A stretch of 64,000 nucleotides of DNA from NCBI GenBank assembly GCA_945869845.1, contig CAMBRG010000005.1, positions 522 through 64,521 of the forward strand, in the 5' to 3' direction. Positions 36,468 to 45,304 of the stretch are shown one piece after another. Position 1 is the first letter of the stretch. Every line of letters starts with the position of its first letter. The translations under genes and the position numbers were made by a program. This DNA is from Opitutus sp. GAS368 (GTDB lineage Bacteria > Verrucomicrobiota > Verrucomicrobiia > Opitutales > Opitutaceae). The notes beneath the pieces were generated by a model, which was not told where the DNA came from, did no database searches, and saw nothing but the letters and a program-made list of their open reading frames with translations.

Positions 36468-37565
36468 TCAAACGCTGCCTTTACCGGCGTCCGCCCCGTG
36501 CCGACCGGGCCAAGTGCAGGGACGATCCCAGAAGGGGCGGCTGCGGTCGCCGTAATACGCGGTCAGGGCGGTGTCCATAACCAGGGATGTCCGGCGCGCG
36601 GAGATTCCTGTACTTGGGCAGTGGTCGCGGCCCAATAAGTCATCGACCACCTGTTGGATTAACGGCTGCTGAACGTGGATTGGATGGGCGATTTCAACCG
36701 ATTCCGTGCCTTTTTCTGTGGTGAGTCGGAGGGGGACGTTATCGAAGGTGGAGTACTCAATGCAGCCCTCGGTCCCGGTGATCCGGCAGATATCGCGGGC
36801 CACGCCGGAGGCAAAATTCCAGGTGGCGGCACCGAGCACGCCGCCGGCGGAGAAATGCAGGGCGACCGAGTCCTCCGCATCTTGGGGCGTGGCGCGGTTG
36901 ACGGCGCGGCCTTGGACGTGCTCCAGCGGGCCAAGAAAAAAGTCGAGCAGATCGAGCGCGTGCGAACCAAGATCGAGAAACAGTCCGGCGCCAGCGGACG
37001 GCACACTCGTTCGCCAACCGGCGTCACTTCGGTGGGCGGAAGACGCAAAGTGATAGTCCACCCCGGTGATTCGGCCGATCGTCCCGGCAGTGATCCATTC
37101 CTTGACTTGGCAAAAGCGAGGTAGGCCACGGCGGTAGTAGGCGACGTAGAGAGGCACTTCACGCTTTTGAAAGGCGGCGACCATGCGGTCGCATTCCGCG
37201 GCGGAGCGCGCCATCGGCTTCTCCACGTACGCCGGTTTGCCAGCGGCGGCGGCTTGCAATGCGTAGGAGAGATGCGAGTCAGGCGGCGTAGCGATGTAGA
37301 TCGCGTCTACCTCCGGGTCGGCGATCAGCTGTTCGGCTCTGTCGTACCAGCGGGGCACGCCGTGACGCCGCGCATAGTCGGCCGCAAGGTCGCGGTTACG
37401 GCGCATGACGGCGACGAGGCGAGAGCGCTCGGCCAAGCGGAAACCCGGACCACTCTTAACCTCGGTTACGTCACCACAACCGATGATGCCCCAGCGCACG
37501 ACCTGAACGTTCGGACGTTGCGGCGTGGAGGGAAAGGCGAACGGAAGTGGAGGAGAAAGTTGCAT
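36468..37565 (-). CDS. Gfo/Idh/MocA-family NAD(P)-dependent oxidoreductase
   Basis: Start at the ATG at 37565 (MQLSPPLP...). Rossmann motif VRWGIIGCGDV and the EKP motif (AYVEKPMA). Confidence 0.85.
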   Translation of the reverse strand: MQLSPPLPFAFPSTPQRPNVQVVRWGIIGCGDVTEVKSGPGFRLAERSRLVAVMRRNRDLAADYARRHGVPRWYDRAEQLIADPEVDAIYIATPPDSHLSYALQAAAAGKPAYVEKPMARSAAECDRMVAAFQKREVPLYVAYYRRGLPRFCQVKEWITAGTIGRITGVDYHFASSAHRSDAGWRTSVPSAGAGLFLDLGSHALDLLDFFLGPLEHVQGRAVNRATPQDAEDSVALHFSAGGVLGAATWNFASGVARDICRITGTEGCIEYSTFDNVPLRLTTEKGTESVEIAHPIHVQQPLIQQVVDDLLGRDHCPSTGISARRTSLVMDTALTAYYGDRSRPFWDRPCTWPGRHGADAGKGSV

Positions 37566-37629
37566 GTCGGAAACTGATTGAGCGGACGCGTCGTCTGAGG
37601 CGAGGGTGCGCTCGGAGCTGAATGCAATG

Positions 37630-39009
37630 TTAGGGCGGCAGCTGCTGACCTCGCGTTTCGGGAGCAAACCAGATCACGACCAGACCGACGAGGTAGATCA
37701 ACGTGATGACCGCTCCGGCTCGGGCGTAGTCGCCATTGAAGTGTTGCATCAGGGAGCCCATCTGCAGGGCGCCGCCAGCCGCGAGGATGCGACCGGCGTT
37801 GAAGGAGAGTCCCTGCCCAGTGGCGCGCACCCGCGTGGGAAATAATTCCGGCAGGTACAGCGGGAACCAACCATAGAAGGCGGCGGTGATGCCGCCGACG
37901 AGAAACGTAATTGCAAGGAAACGGCCGTCGTAGGTGTCAAAGCCGCGGAAGAGCCAAGCGCAGGATCCGAGGGATAGCAGGCAGAGGATGAAATAGCCTT
38001 GCCGCCGGCCGAGCAGGCCTCCCCACCAGCCGCCGAGCAGGCAGCCGACTACCGCGCCCAGCGCCGAGTTGATCTGCGTGTAGGCCTTGGCGTTGTGGTC
38101 TTTCAGTTCACCAGCCCGTTTCACTACGGCGGGGGACAGAGCTTCGCCGGCCCGCAACGCATGGGTTCCCGTCAGGGAGAGTTCGGCGAGCGCTACCTGC
38201 ACGCTCGCCCGCTGGGCCATTTGATCGGCCCAGAGCGGCAGCCATTGCACCGAGCCCCAGGTTCCGATGAGGGCGACCGAAGCCAAGATCATCGCAAGAA
38301 AGGTGGAGCGCAGCAGGGGAGGCCGGAGCACCTCGCGCAAAGGCTCATGACGGTCGGTCGAACGCTGGCTTTCTTGCCAGCGTTCTGATTCCGGCACAAA
38401 GATTCTCACGAAAAAGGTCAGGAGGGCCGGAGCCGCACCCACGAGGGCGATCCAGCGCCATGATTCCGTCGTGACTTGAACAAAAAGCCCGATCACCGCG
38501 ATGAGCGCGAAGCCCACGTTGGCGGCGGCGCCGATCACGCCCGCCAGCCACGGGCGGTGTTTTTCCGGCCACACCTCCATGACCAAGGCGATTCCGAGCG
38601 ACCACTCCCCGCCCATGCCGAGTGCAGCAACGAAACGGGTGATCAGCAGCTGCCAGGGTGATTCGGCGAAATAAACCAAACCAGTGAACAGTGAATAACA
38701 GAGAATGCTGATCGCCATGGCCCGCACGCGGCCGATCCGATCGCCCAGCCATCCGAAGAGCACCCCGCCGCCGGCGGCGCCGATAAGGAACGCGGCGGTG
38801 ATGTAGCCCATCCATTCTCCGACGAATGCGTCCGAAGCCCCCAATCCGAGGGTCTGCTGCATTTGCTGCAAGGCGGGCCGAGCGATCAACGGAAACATCC
38901 CCATTTCCAATCCATCAAACATCCAGCCGAGAAAAGCGGTGATCAACACGATCGCCAATTTCGGCTTGGCCTTTGAGTAGGGAGATGTGGCTGCAGGTGA
39001 AGTAATCAT
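37630..39009 (-). CDS. MFS transporter (paralog of 26892-28187, with a ~46-aa loop insertion)
   Basis: The ATG at 39009 (MITSPAATSPY...) forms an ATGA overlap with the upstream gene. It shares long identical blocks with the other MFS (GWMFDGLEMG, FVAALGMGGEWSLG, VMEVWPEKHRP). Confidence 0.85.
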   Translation of the reverse strand: MITSPAATSPYSKAKPKLAIVLITAFLGWMFDGLEMGMFPLIARPALQQMQQTLGLGASDAFVGEWMGYITAAFLIGAAGGGVLFGWLGDRIGRVRAMAISILCYSLFTGLVYFAESPWQLLITRFVAALGMGGEWSLGIALVMEVWPEKHRPWLAGVIGAAANVGFALIAVIGLFVQVTTESWRWIALVGAAPALLTFFVRIFVPESERWQESQRSTDRHEPLREVLRPPLLRSTFLAMILASVALIGTWGSVQWLPLWADQMAQRASVQVALAELSLTGTHALRAGEALSPAVVKRAGELKDHNAKAYTQINSALGAVVGCLLGGWWGGLLGRRQGYFILCLLSLGSCAWLFRGFDTYDGRFLAITFLVGGITAAFYGWFPLYLPELFPTRVRATGQGLSFNAGRILAAGGALQMGSLMQHFNGDYARAGAVITLIYLVGLVVIWFAPETRGQQLPP

Positions 39010-40433
39010 GGCGAACGGGCAGTTGTGGGAGCGGGAGGGGAGGGGGGGCGAGATTCGGTGTCGGTGCCGAGGTTGGCCCGAAAGGTTTCGGCTCGGATCT
39101 TCGCCTCCAAGGCGGCCATCTCCGTTCGCCAGCGGGCGATTCGGCGGTGATCGGTCTGCTTTTGCCCCAAGCGGGCCGCGGCTTCGGCGCTGACTTGCGT
39201 CTGCCAAAGGTAGAGTGAACGCAGGCGGGGCAAGCTCTCGAGCGCGGACAGGTCCGCGTCGGTCAAGCGCGTGCCGTGGAGATTGAGGGTCTCTAGGTGG
39301 GACAGCCCGGAAAGGGCCCGCAGGCCGGTACCCGTGATGGCGGTGCGGTCCAACTGGAGCCTTCTTAAGTTTTTCATGGCCGCCAGCGCGCCGAGACCCG
39401 CATCGGTGACCCCGGTTTCGCCAAGATCGAGCCAGTACAGCGCGGGTGCGATCGGTGCAAGGGCCGCGAGCTCCGCATCGCCGAACGCCGTTAGCTTCAC
39501 GCGCGCATTCGCGGCCAGCCACGGGCCATCTTGGGTCAAGGGCCGCAACAGGACGCCGAGGCGTTGTTCCAGCGCCGCCGCCGCGGCCAGCACGACGGCG
39601 CGGTCCGGCGTGGGTTCCCGAACCCAGCCGAGCCGGGCGGCCAGTCGTTCAAGGATCAGGGGAGGCACTTCGATGGCGGAGACGCGAACATCGAACGGCG
39701 CACCCACATCGATCCACCATTCCAGCAACGTCAGCTCGTCCTCGGTCAACTGCGGTTTTCCCTTGGGCGGCATGTGTTGTTTGGCTTCGAGCGGCAGGTG
39801 GGCGCGCTTGATCAGCAGGCTGCCGTGGGCGTCGCCCGGCTTGAAGGACAGGCCTGATTTCCCTCCCTGAACGAGGAACTCGCGGGTGTCGTAGCGCAGA
39901 TCTCCCTGGCTCTTGCTGGCACCGTGACACGAAACGCAGCGCTGCTGAAGGATGGGGTGAATAATGTCGTCGAATAGCCGCGTGTCTTCCACTCGGGTGG
40001 GAGCGGGGGAGGCCGCGGCGACGGTGGAAAGCGACAAGTACGACTCGCCGTGGGTGAGAGTGCCCCCGGCGTGTCCGGCGAACCCGAGCAAGGCCACGCT
40101 GACGGTGAGGCCGGCGGCGTAGGCGCCCGGACGGTGGCGGAGGAAATAGAGGACCGCGGTGGTGGCGGCGAAGCCGACGCCCAGCCACCGGTGGCGTTCG
40201 AGGATTGTGTCGTCGTAGTCCCCGGAGCCCGCCAGCAGCCAGCCGAAGCTGGCGGTGGTCGCGGCGCCGAGAAAACCCAGGCTGAGGATCCAGCTCCGCT
40301 GCTGCGCGGTGAGCCGGGGGCCGCCGGGAAAGGCGCCTGCGAGTTCGATTACCGCCAGCAGAATGAATAGTCCGATGGGCAAATGGGCTGCGATCGGATG
40401 CAGGCGGCCGGCCAGTTGGAGCCAAGGTTCCAT
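39006..40433 (-). CDS. membrane protein: DUF2231-like TM domain + PSCyt1 haem c domain + leucine-rich repeats
   Basis: N-terminal 4-TM region, haem site CVSCHGASKSQGDLRYD, LRR block (LRRLQLDRTAITGTGLRALSGLSHLETLNLHGTRLTDADLSALESLPRLRSLYLWQTQV), and a C-terminal coiled segment. Confidence 0.75.
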   Translation of the reverse strand: MEPWLQLAGRLHPIAAHLPIGLFILLAVIELAGAFPGGPRLTAQQRSWILSLGFLGAATTASFGWLLAGSGDYDDTILERHRWLGVGFAATTAVLYFLRHRPGAYAAGLTVSVALLGFAGHAGGTLTHGESYLSLSTVAAASPAPTRVEDTRLFDDIIHPILQQRCVSCHGASKSQGDLRYDTREFLVQGGKSGLSFKPGDAHGSLLIKRAHLPLEAKQHMPPKGKPQLTEDELTLLEWWIDVGAPFDVRVSAIEVPPLILERLAARLGWVREPTPDRAVVLAAAAALEQRLGVLLRPLTQDGPWLAANARVKLTAFGDAELAALAPIAPALYWLDLGETGVTDAGLGALAAMKNLRRLQLDRTAITGTGLRALSGLSHLETLNLHGTRLTDADLSALESLPRLRSLYLWQTQVSAEAAARLGQKQTDHRRIARWRTEMAALEAKIRAETFRANLGTDTESRPPSPPAPTTARSP

Positions 40434-40491
40434 GATCAGGAGGTGCGGAGCGGAAAATCCACCGCCCAGCGGTCCATGGTTGGAGGGAACC

Positions 40492-41961
40492 TCACGTCAG
40501 AATCCCGTGGGCAACGCGGCCGTGGACGTCGGTCAAGCGAAAGTCCCGACCTTGATAGCGGTAGGTCAGGCGCTCGTGGTCGATCCCGAAGGCGGCCAGC
40601 AGGGTGGCGTGCAGGTCGTGCACATGCATGTCTTGGCCGTCCGGCAGGTAGCGGTAGCCAAGTTCGTCGGTCGATCCCCAAGTAATGCCCGGTCGGATAC
40701 CGCCTCCGGCCATCCAGACGGAGAAGGCGTTGATGTGGTGATCTCGGCCGGTGCCTTGTCCCATCGGCGTGCGTCCGAACTCACCTCCCCAGATGACCAA
40801 GGTGTCCTCGAGAAGTCCGCGCTGTTTGAGATCTTTAACGAGGGCGGCGGAAGCCTGATCCACCAGCTTGCAGGCAAGCGGAAGGTTCTTGTCGATTTCC
40901 GAATGGTGGTCCCAGCCGCGGTGATAGAGTTGGACGAAACGAGTACCGCGCTCGATCAGACGCCGGGCGAGGAGGCAGTTGGAGGCGAAAGACCCGTCGC
41001 CCGGTTCCTTGATGCCGTAAAGGTCGAGGGTCGACTGCGGCTCGCGGCGAAGGTCGGCCAATTCCGGCACGCTGGTCTGCATCTTGAACGCCAGTTCGTA
41101 TTGGGCCACGCGGGTCTGGATTTCCGGATCGAGCGTGCGCTCCGCGCAGTAGCCGTTCAATTCAGCCAGCTCATCGATCAATTGCCGCTGTAGGCTCTGG
41201 CAGATGCCATCGGGATTTCCGACGTAATGAACCGGCGTGCCTTTGCTCTGAAACTGCACGCCTTGAAATTTGCTGGGCAGGAAACCGGCGGACCACTGGC
41301 GGGCGGAGATCGGCTGGTCGTTGCCCGGACCGTTGGACATTAGCACCACGTAGCCGGGCAGATTGTCGGCTTCGGCGCCGAGGCCGTAGAGCATCCACGA
41401 GCCGAAGCTGGGCCGGCCCTTGATGATCGAACCGGCGTTCATGAACGCATGCGCCGGGTCGTGATTAATTTGATCGGTGTGCATCGACCGTACGATGCAG
41501 AGGTCGTCCGCGATGGTCTGGGTGTGCGGCAGCAGGTCGCAGATCATCTGTCCGCTTAGGCCGCACCGGGAAAACGTGAAGGGCGAGCCGCGGGCCCGCA
41601 GGCCGCCCCGCTCATGTTGGAGCTGCGCGAGCTGCTGTCCCTCGGTGAAAGCGGCCGGAAACGGCAGGCCGTGCAGGGCGTTCAGCTTCGGCTTGGGGTC
41701 AAACGTCTCCACGTGTGACGGCCCGCCGGCCATGGAGAGCTGGATGATGCGTTTGGCCCGGGGCAGGAAATGGGGCGAGGGCAGGATCCCGCGCCAGCGC
41801 CCATCGTTGACCGGCGGGCCGGCCGCAGCGGAAAGTGCTCGCGGGGTCAGCAGCGAACTCAGGGCCAGCGTGCCGATGGCCTGGGCGGATTTGCCCAGAA
41901 AGGTGCGGCGCGACCACGCAATTTGCCGCTGACGGAGAAAGGAAAGATCGGGCGGTGACAT
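40492..41961 (-). CDS. DUF1501 domain protein with a twin-arginine signal
   Basis: Tat motif SRRTFLGKSAQAIGTLA and the conserved GTGRDHHINAFSVWMAGGGIRPG. Confidence 0.85.
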   Translation of the reverse strand: MSPPDLSFLRQRQIAWSRRTFLGKSAQAIGTLALSSLLTPRALSAAAGPPVNDGRWRGILPSPHFLPRAKRIIQLSMAGGPSHVETFDPKPKLNALHGLPFPAAFTEGQQLAQLQHERGGLRARGSPFTFSRCGLSGQMICDLLPHTQTIADDLCIVRSMHTDQINHDPAHAFMNAGSIIKGRPSFGSWMLYGLGAEADNLPGYVVLMSNGPGNDQPISARQWSAGFLPSKFQGVQFQSKGTPVHYVGNPDGICQSLQRQLIDELAELNGYCAERTLDPEIQTRVAQYELAFKMQTSVPELADLRREPQSTLDLYGIKEPGDGSFASNCLLARRLIERGTRFVQLYHRGWDHHSEIDKNLPLACKLVDQASAALVKDLKQRGLLEDTLVIWGGEFGRTPMGQGTGRDHHINAFSVWMAGGGIRPGITWGSTDELGYRYLPDGQDMHVHDLHATLLAAFGIDHERLTYRYQGRDFRLTDVHGRVAHGILT

Positions 41962-41988
41962 GGGTACGGGGCCTGAGTGCGGACTGGG

Positions 41989-44900
41989 TCAGTAGCGCAT
42001 GATCGTTTCGTTGAGATTGAACAAGACGCGGGTGAGCGCAGCCCAAGCCGCAAGTTCGACGCGGTCGATTCCGGGCGAGACGGAGCTTAGGCCGATCGAG
42101 GTGAAGGCGGCGGCGTCTGCGGGTCGCGCACGGAACACGGAGATTTGCTGATGGTGAAATTGCTCCAACGAGGCCCGTTCCCGGGGCTCGGGTGGGCGGC
42201 CGAGAGTGCGCAAAAACGCCAGATCGAGCCGTTGGGCGGGCGGCACCTGCAGGAGCGACTCGGCGAAGACTCGGGCGGCCTCGACGAAGGACGGATCGTT
42301 GAGCAGGGTCAGCGCTTGCTGCGGCGTGTTGGAGTCGGTGCGAGCTGCGGTGCACTCCTCGCGGGACGGTGCGTCGAAATTCGCCAGCATCGGATGTAGG
42401 AAAGTGCGCTGCCAATGCTGGTAGAGACCACGCCGATACTGACGTTCATCGCGATCCGCCACGTAGTCGCGCAGGGGAAAGTTCAACTGCTCGTAGTAGC
42501 CCGCAGGTTGGTACGGCAGCGCGCTCGGACCGCCGATTTCGCGGTGGAGTAGCCCGGCGACGGAAAGCGCGTGGTCCCGAATGAATTCGGCGTCCAGCCG
42601 GCGCGCGGATTGGTGGGCTAGGAGGCGATTCTGAGGGTCGATTTCGCGCAAGTCCGCGCGTTCGCGGGAGGCCTGGCGGTAGGCGTGGGAGGTCACGATC
42701 AGGCGCACGAGCGCCTTGATATCCCACCCGGAGTCGCGAAAACGAACGGACAGCGCGTCCAATAGTTCCGGGTGGGAGGGGTACTCACCCTGCATGCCGA
42801 GATCCTCGACCGCGGAGGAGAGACCAGTGCCAAAGAAGAGTTTCCACGTCCGGTTGACGAACGTGCGGGCGGTCAGCGGATTGGAAGGCGACATGATCCA
42901 GCGGGCGAGGTCTAGCCGGGTCTGGCGCGGTGCGCCGGGTTCAGAAGGGTGTTCGGTCAGAAAGCGCGGCGGCGCCGGGGTGACGATTTCGCCGGATTCG
43001 TCCTGCCAATTGCCTCGGGCCAGCACCCGGGTCGTGCGAGGCGGTGCCGCCACTGTGACCATCGTGGCCGCGCGCCCCTCGCGGCATTCAAGGATCTCTC
43101 GCAGCAGTTCGGCGGTCCCCGGTTGAGCGAAGGCCTGGGTCGCGTGAAAATAGAGGGCCGCCAGCCGTTCCCGCTGCGCAGCGGAGGGCTTGGGGGCAGA
43201 GAAGGCGGACGCGTCCTCGCCGGACAGGGCCTCGCCCGGCAGCCGGCTGCCGAGGGACGACACCGAGATGCGGATGCGGCCGATCTCGCCGAGGTAATCG
43301 CGCTGGTGGAAATTGACTGGAGCGGTGTGAATCGTGGCGATCAGTCGATCGCCAGATTCGAGCATCAGTGGTTGACGGAGTTGAAAGACCGCTGACTGGC
43401 GAGTGTGTGCGAGCGCTGCGCTTGATCGCCAAAGTGCCCGCAGCGATACGCGCGGCCGACCGTTGAAGAAATTCTCCGTCTCGTTTTCCGCGAACGCCTC
43501 GGCCACCTCGACCGCCTCCGGCTTGGCGGCGCCGGCGCGATGGATGGAGAGCTGGACCGAGATTTCTACATGCAGACGTTGGTCGCGACTGATCAGGCCT
43601 CCGTGGACCTGATCGGGTAGCAACTCCAGGCGCAGGGTCGAAAGGGGAATAGCCGGTGTGGACAGGTGGAGCACATGACGCGTGAGCGGCTGCTTGAAGC
43701 GTTTTTCCGCATAGCCGACGGGATTTTCGAACCGCACGCTACCGTCGGGCAGGAGGATGGCGGTGACTTGGGGATTCGTGTCAACGGTCTCGGGCTTGGC
43801 TGTCACCCACCCGCCGGACGCCATGTCTACGTGCGGTGCGACTTGGCGCACCCATGCATCCACTTCTGCGTTGCCCTCGGGGCGGGCAAGCCGGGAGCGT
43901 CCCCCCTCTAGATGAATCATCTGGAGCTGTTGTCGCAAACGTGCGTCCCGAGCTTTCAGGTAAGAACTTTCGACCTCGATTTCCGGGGGGAACGGGTAGT
44001 CGTCCGTGTGCACGGCAAGTTCCGTTTCCGGGGTGTAGATGAAATGACGATAGACGCCCCATTGCTTTACGTCGGCGAAGTAGGCGGAGAAGGCGTAGAA
44101 GTCACGGATGGTGAAAGGATCGTACTTGTGATCGTGGCACTCGGCGCACGCCAAGGTTGAGCCCAGCCACGCGGTGGAAACGGTGCGCACACGGTCCGAG
44201 GAGTATTTGGCTAGGTATTCCTGCACCTGGGCGCCACCCTCGCGCGTCACCATGTTCAAACGATTGAATCCGCTGGCCACCTGCTGCTCGGTCGTCGCGT
44301 TGGGGAGCAAATCGCCGGCAATTTGTTCGATGGTGAACTGGTCGAAGGGCTTGTTGCGATTGAAGGAGTCGATGACGTAGTCCCGGTAGGGAAAGTTGTT
44401 CAACCGCTGGTCGCCGTGCAGTCCGGTCGAGTCCGCAAATCGGACCAGGTCCAGCCACGGCACCGCCATGCGTTCACCGTAGTGCGGCGAAGCCAGTAGA
44501 CGGTCGACGGCGGCGTGGTAAGCGTCGGGGCGGGAATCGGCGACAAAGGCCTCGATATCGGAGGCGGTTGGCGGCAGTCCGGTCAGGTCTAGGCTCAGGC
44601 GGCGAAAGAGCGTGCGCCGGTCAGCCTCATTGGAGAAGGCAATGCCCCGACGGTCCAGTTCGGCGGCAAGGTATTGATCGATTGGATGCTGAAAGCGGGC
44701 GAGCGCGGGGGAGCCCTTGAGTGGTGGCACCTCGACAGGGGGGCGGTAGGCCCAATGTCCCTGGTAAGCGGCTCCCTGCTCGATCCAGCGGCGCAGGACG
44801 TTTTTTTCCGTCGTCGTGAGTTGGTGCAGAGAGTCTGGCGGCGGCATGACCGTCGTCGCATCTTTTGAAGTGATGCGACGCCATACCTCCGAGTCCTCAG

Positions 44901-45291
44901 GTTTGCCGGGCACCAGGGCCGTGATGGTTCGTCCGCTTTTGTTCCGGTGGGGCGCGTGAGCGAAATTCGCTTGGTCCAGACGCAGACCAGAAGGGCTGCC
45001 CTTCACGTCCGGGCCATGGCACTTCAAGCAGGTGTTCGAAAGGATCCGCCGCACATCGCGGTTGAAGTCGACCCGATCGGGAACGGCGGCCGAGGGAGCC
45101 GCGCCCAGCCCGATGGCAGACACAGCGCCGAGCAAGGCGATTACGCGGATGACGGTGCGGGAAGGACCAAAAGCACAACCCGCGGGCCGGACAAAATCGT
45201 CCGGCCCGCGGGTCGTTGGCACCGTGGCATCCGGACCACCGCGCTGGGCGGGCGGTGGCAGGGATGCAGAACGGTACGGAGTGCTCGCCAA
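41989..45291 (-). CDS. PSCyt1-DUF1549-DUF1553 giant protein (PSD1 family)
   Basis: Haem site CLKCHGPDVKGSPSGLRLD, DUF1549 segment (LFRRLSLDLTGLPPTASDIEAFV), CAECHDHKYDP, and the DUF1553 C-terminus. The start is uncertain: TTG at 45291, or an in-frame GTG about 22 codons downstream, both ahead of the signal peptide VIALLGAVSAIGLGAAPSAA. Confidence 0.85.
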   Translation of the reverse strand: MASTPYRSASLPPPAQRGGPDATVPTTRGPDDFVRPAGCAFGPSRTVIRVIALLGAVSAIGLGAAPSAAVPDRVDFNRDVRRILSNTCLKCHGPDVKGSPSGLRLDQANFAHAPHRNKSGRTITALVPGKPEDSEVWRRITSKDATTVMPPPDSLHQLTTTEKNVLRRWIEQGAAYQGHWAYRPPVEVPPLKGSPALARFQHPIDQYLAAELDRRGIAFSNEADRRTLFRRLSLDLTGLPPTASDIEAFVADSRPDAYHAAVDRLLASPHYGERMAVPWLDLVRFADSTGLHGDQRLNNFPYRDYVIDSFNRNKPFDQFTIEQIAGDLLPNATTEQQVASGFNRLNMVTREGGAQVQEYLAKYSSDRVRTVSTAWLGSTLACAECHDHKYDPFTIRDFYAFSAYFADVKQWGVYRHFIYTPETELAVHTDDYPFPPEIEVESSYLKARDARLRQQLQMIHLEGGRSRLARPEGNAEVDAWVRQVAPHVDMASGGWVTAKPETVDTNPQVTAILLPDGSVRFENPVGYAEKRFKQPLTRHVLHLSTPAIPLSTLRLELLPDQVHGGLISRDQRLHVEISVQLSIHRAGAAKPEAVEVAEAFAENETENFFNGRPRVSLRALWRSSAALAHTRQSAVFQLRQPLMLESGDRLIATIHTAPVNFHQRDYLGEIGRIRISVSSLGSRLPGEALSGEDASAFSAPKPSAAQRERLAALYFHATQAFAQPGTAELLREILECREGRAATMVTVAAPPRTTRVLARGNWQDESGEIVTPAPPRFLTEHPSEPGAPRQTRLDLARWIMSPSNPLTARTFVNRTWKLFFGTGLSSAVEDLGMQGEYPSHPELLDALSVRFRDSGWDIKALVRLIVTSHAYRQASRERADLREIDPQNRLLAHQSARRLDAEFIRDHALSVAGLLHREIGGPSALPYQPAGYYEQLNFPLRDYVADRDERQYRRGLYQHWQRTFLHPMLANFDAPSREECTAARTDSNTPQQALTLLNDPSFVEAARVFAESLLQVPPAQRLDLAFLRTLGRPPEPRERASLEQFHHQQISVFRARPADAAAFTSIGLSSVSPGIDRVELAAWAALTRVLFNLNETIMRY

Positions 45292-45304
45292 GAGGTCTGT
45301 CTCC

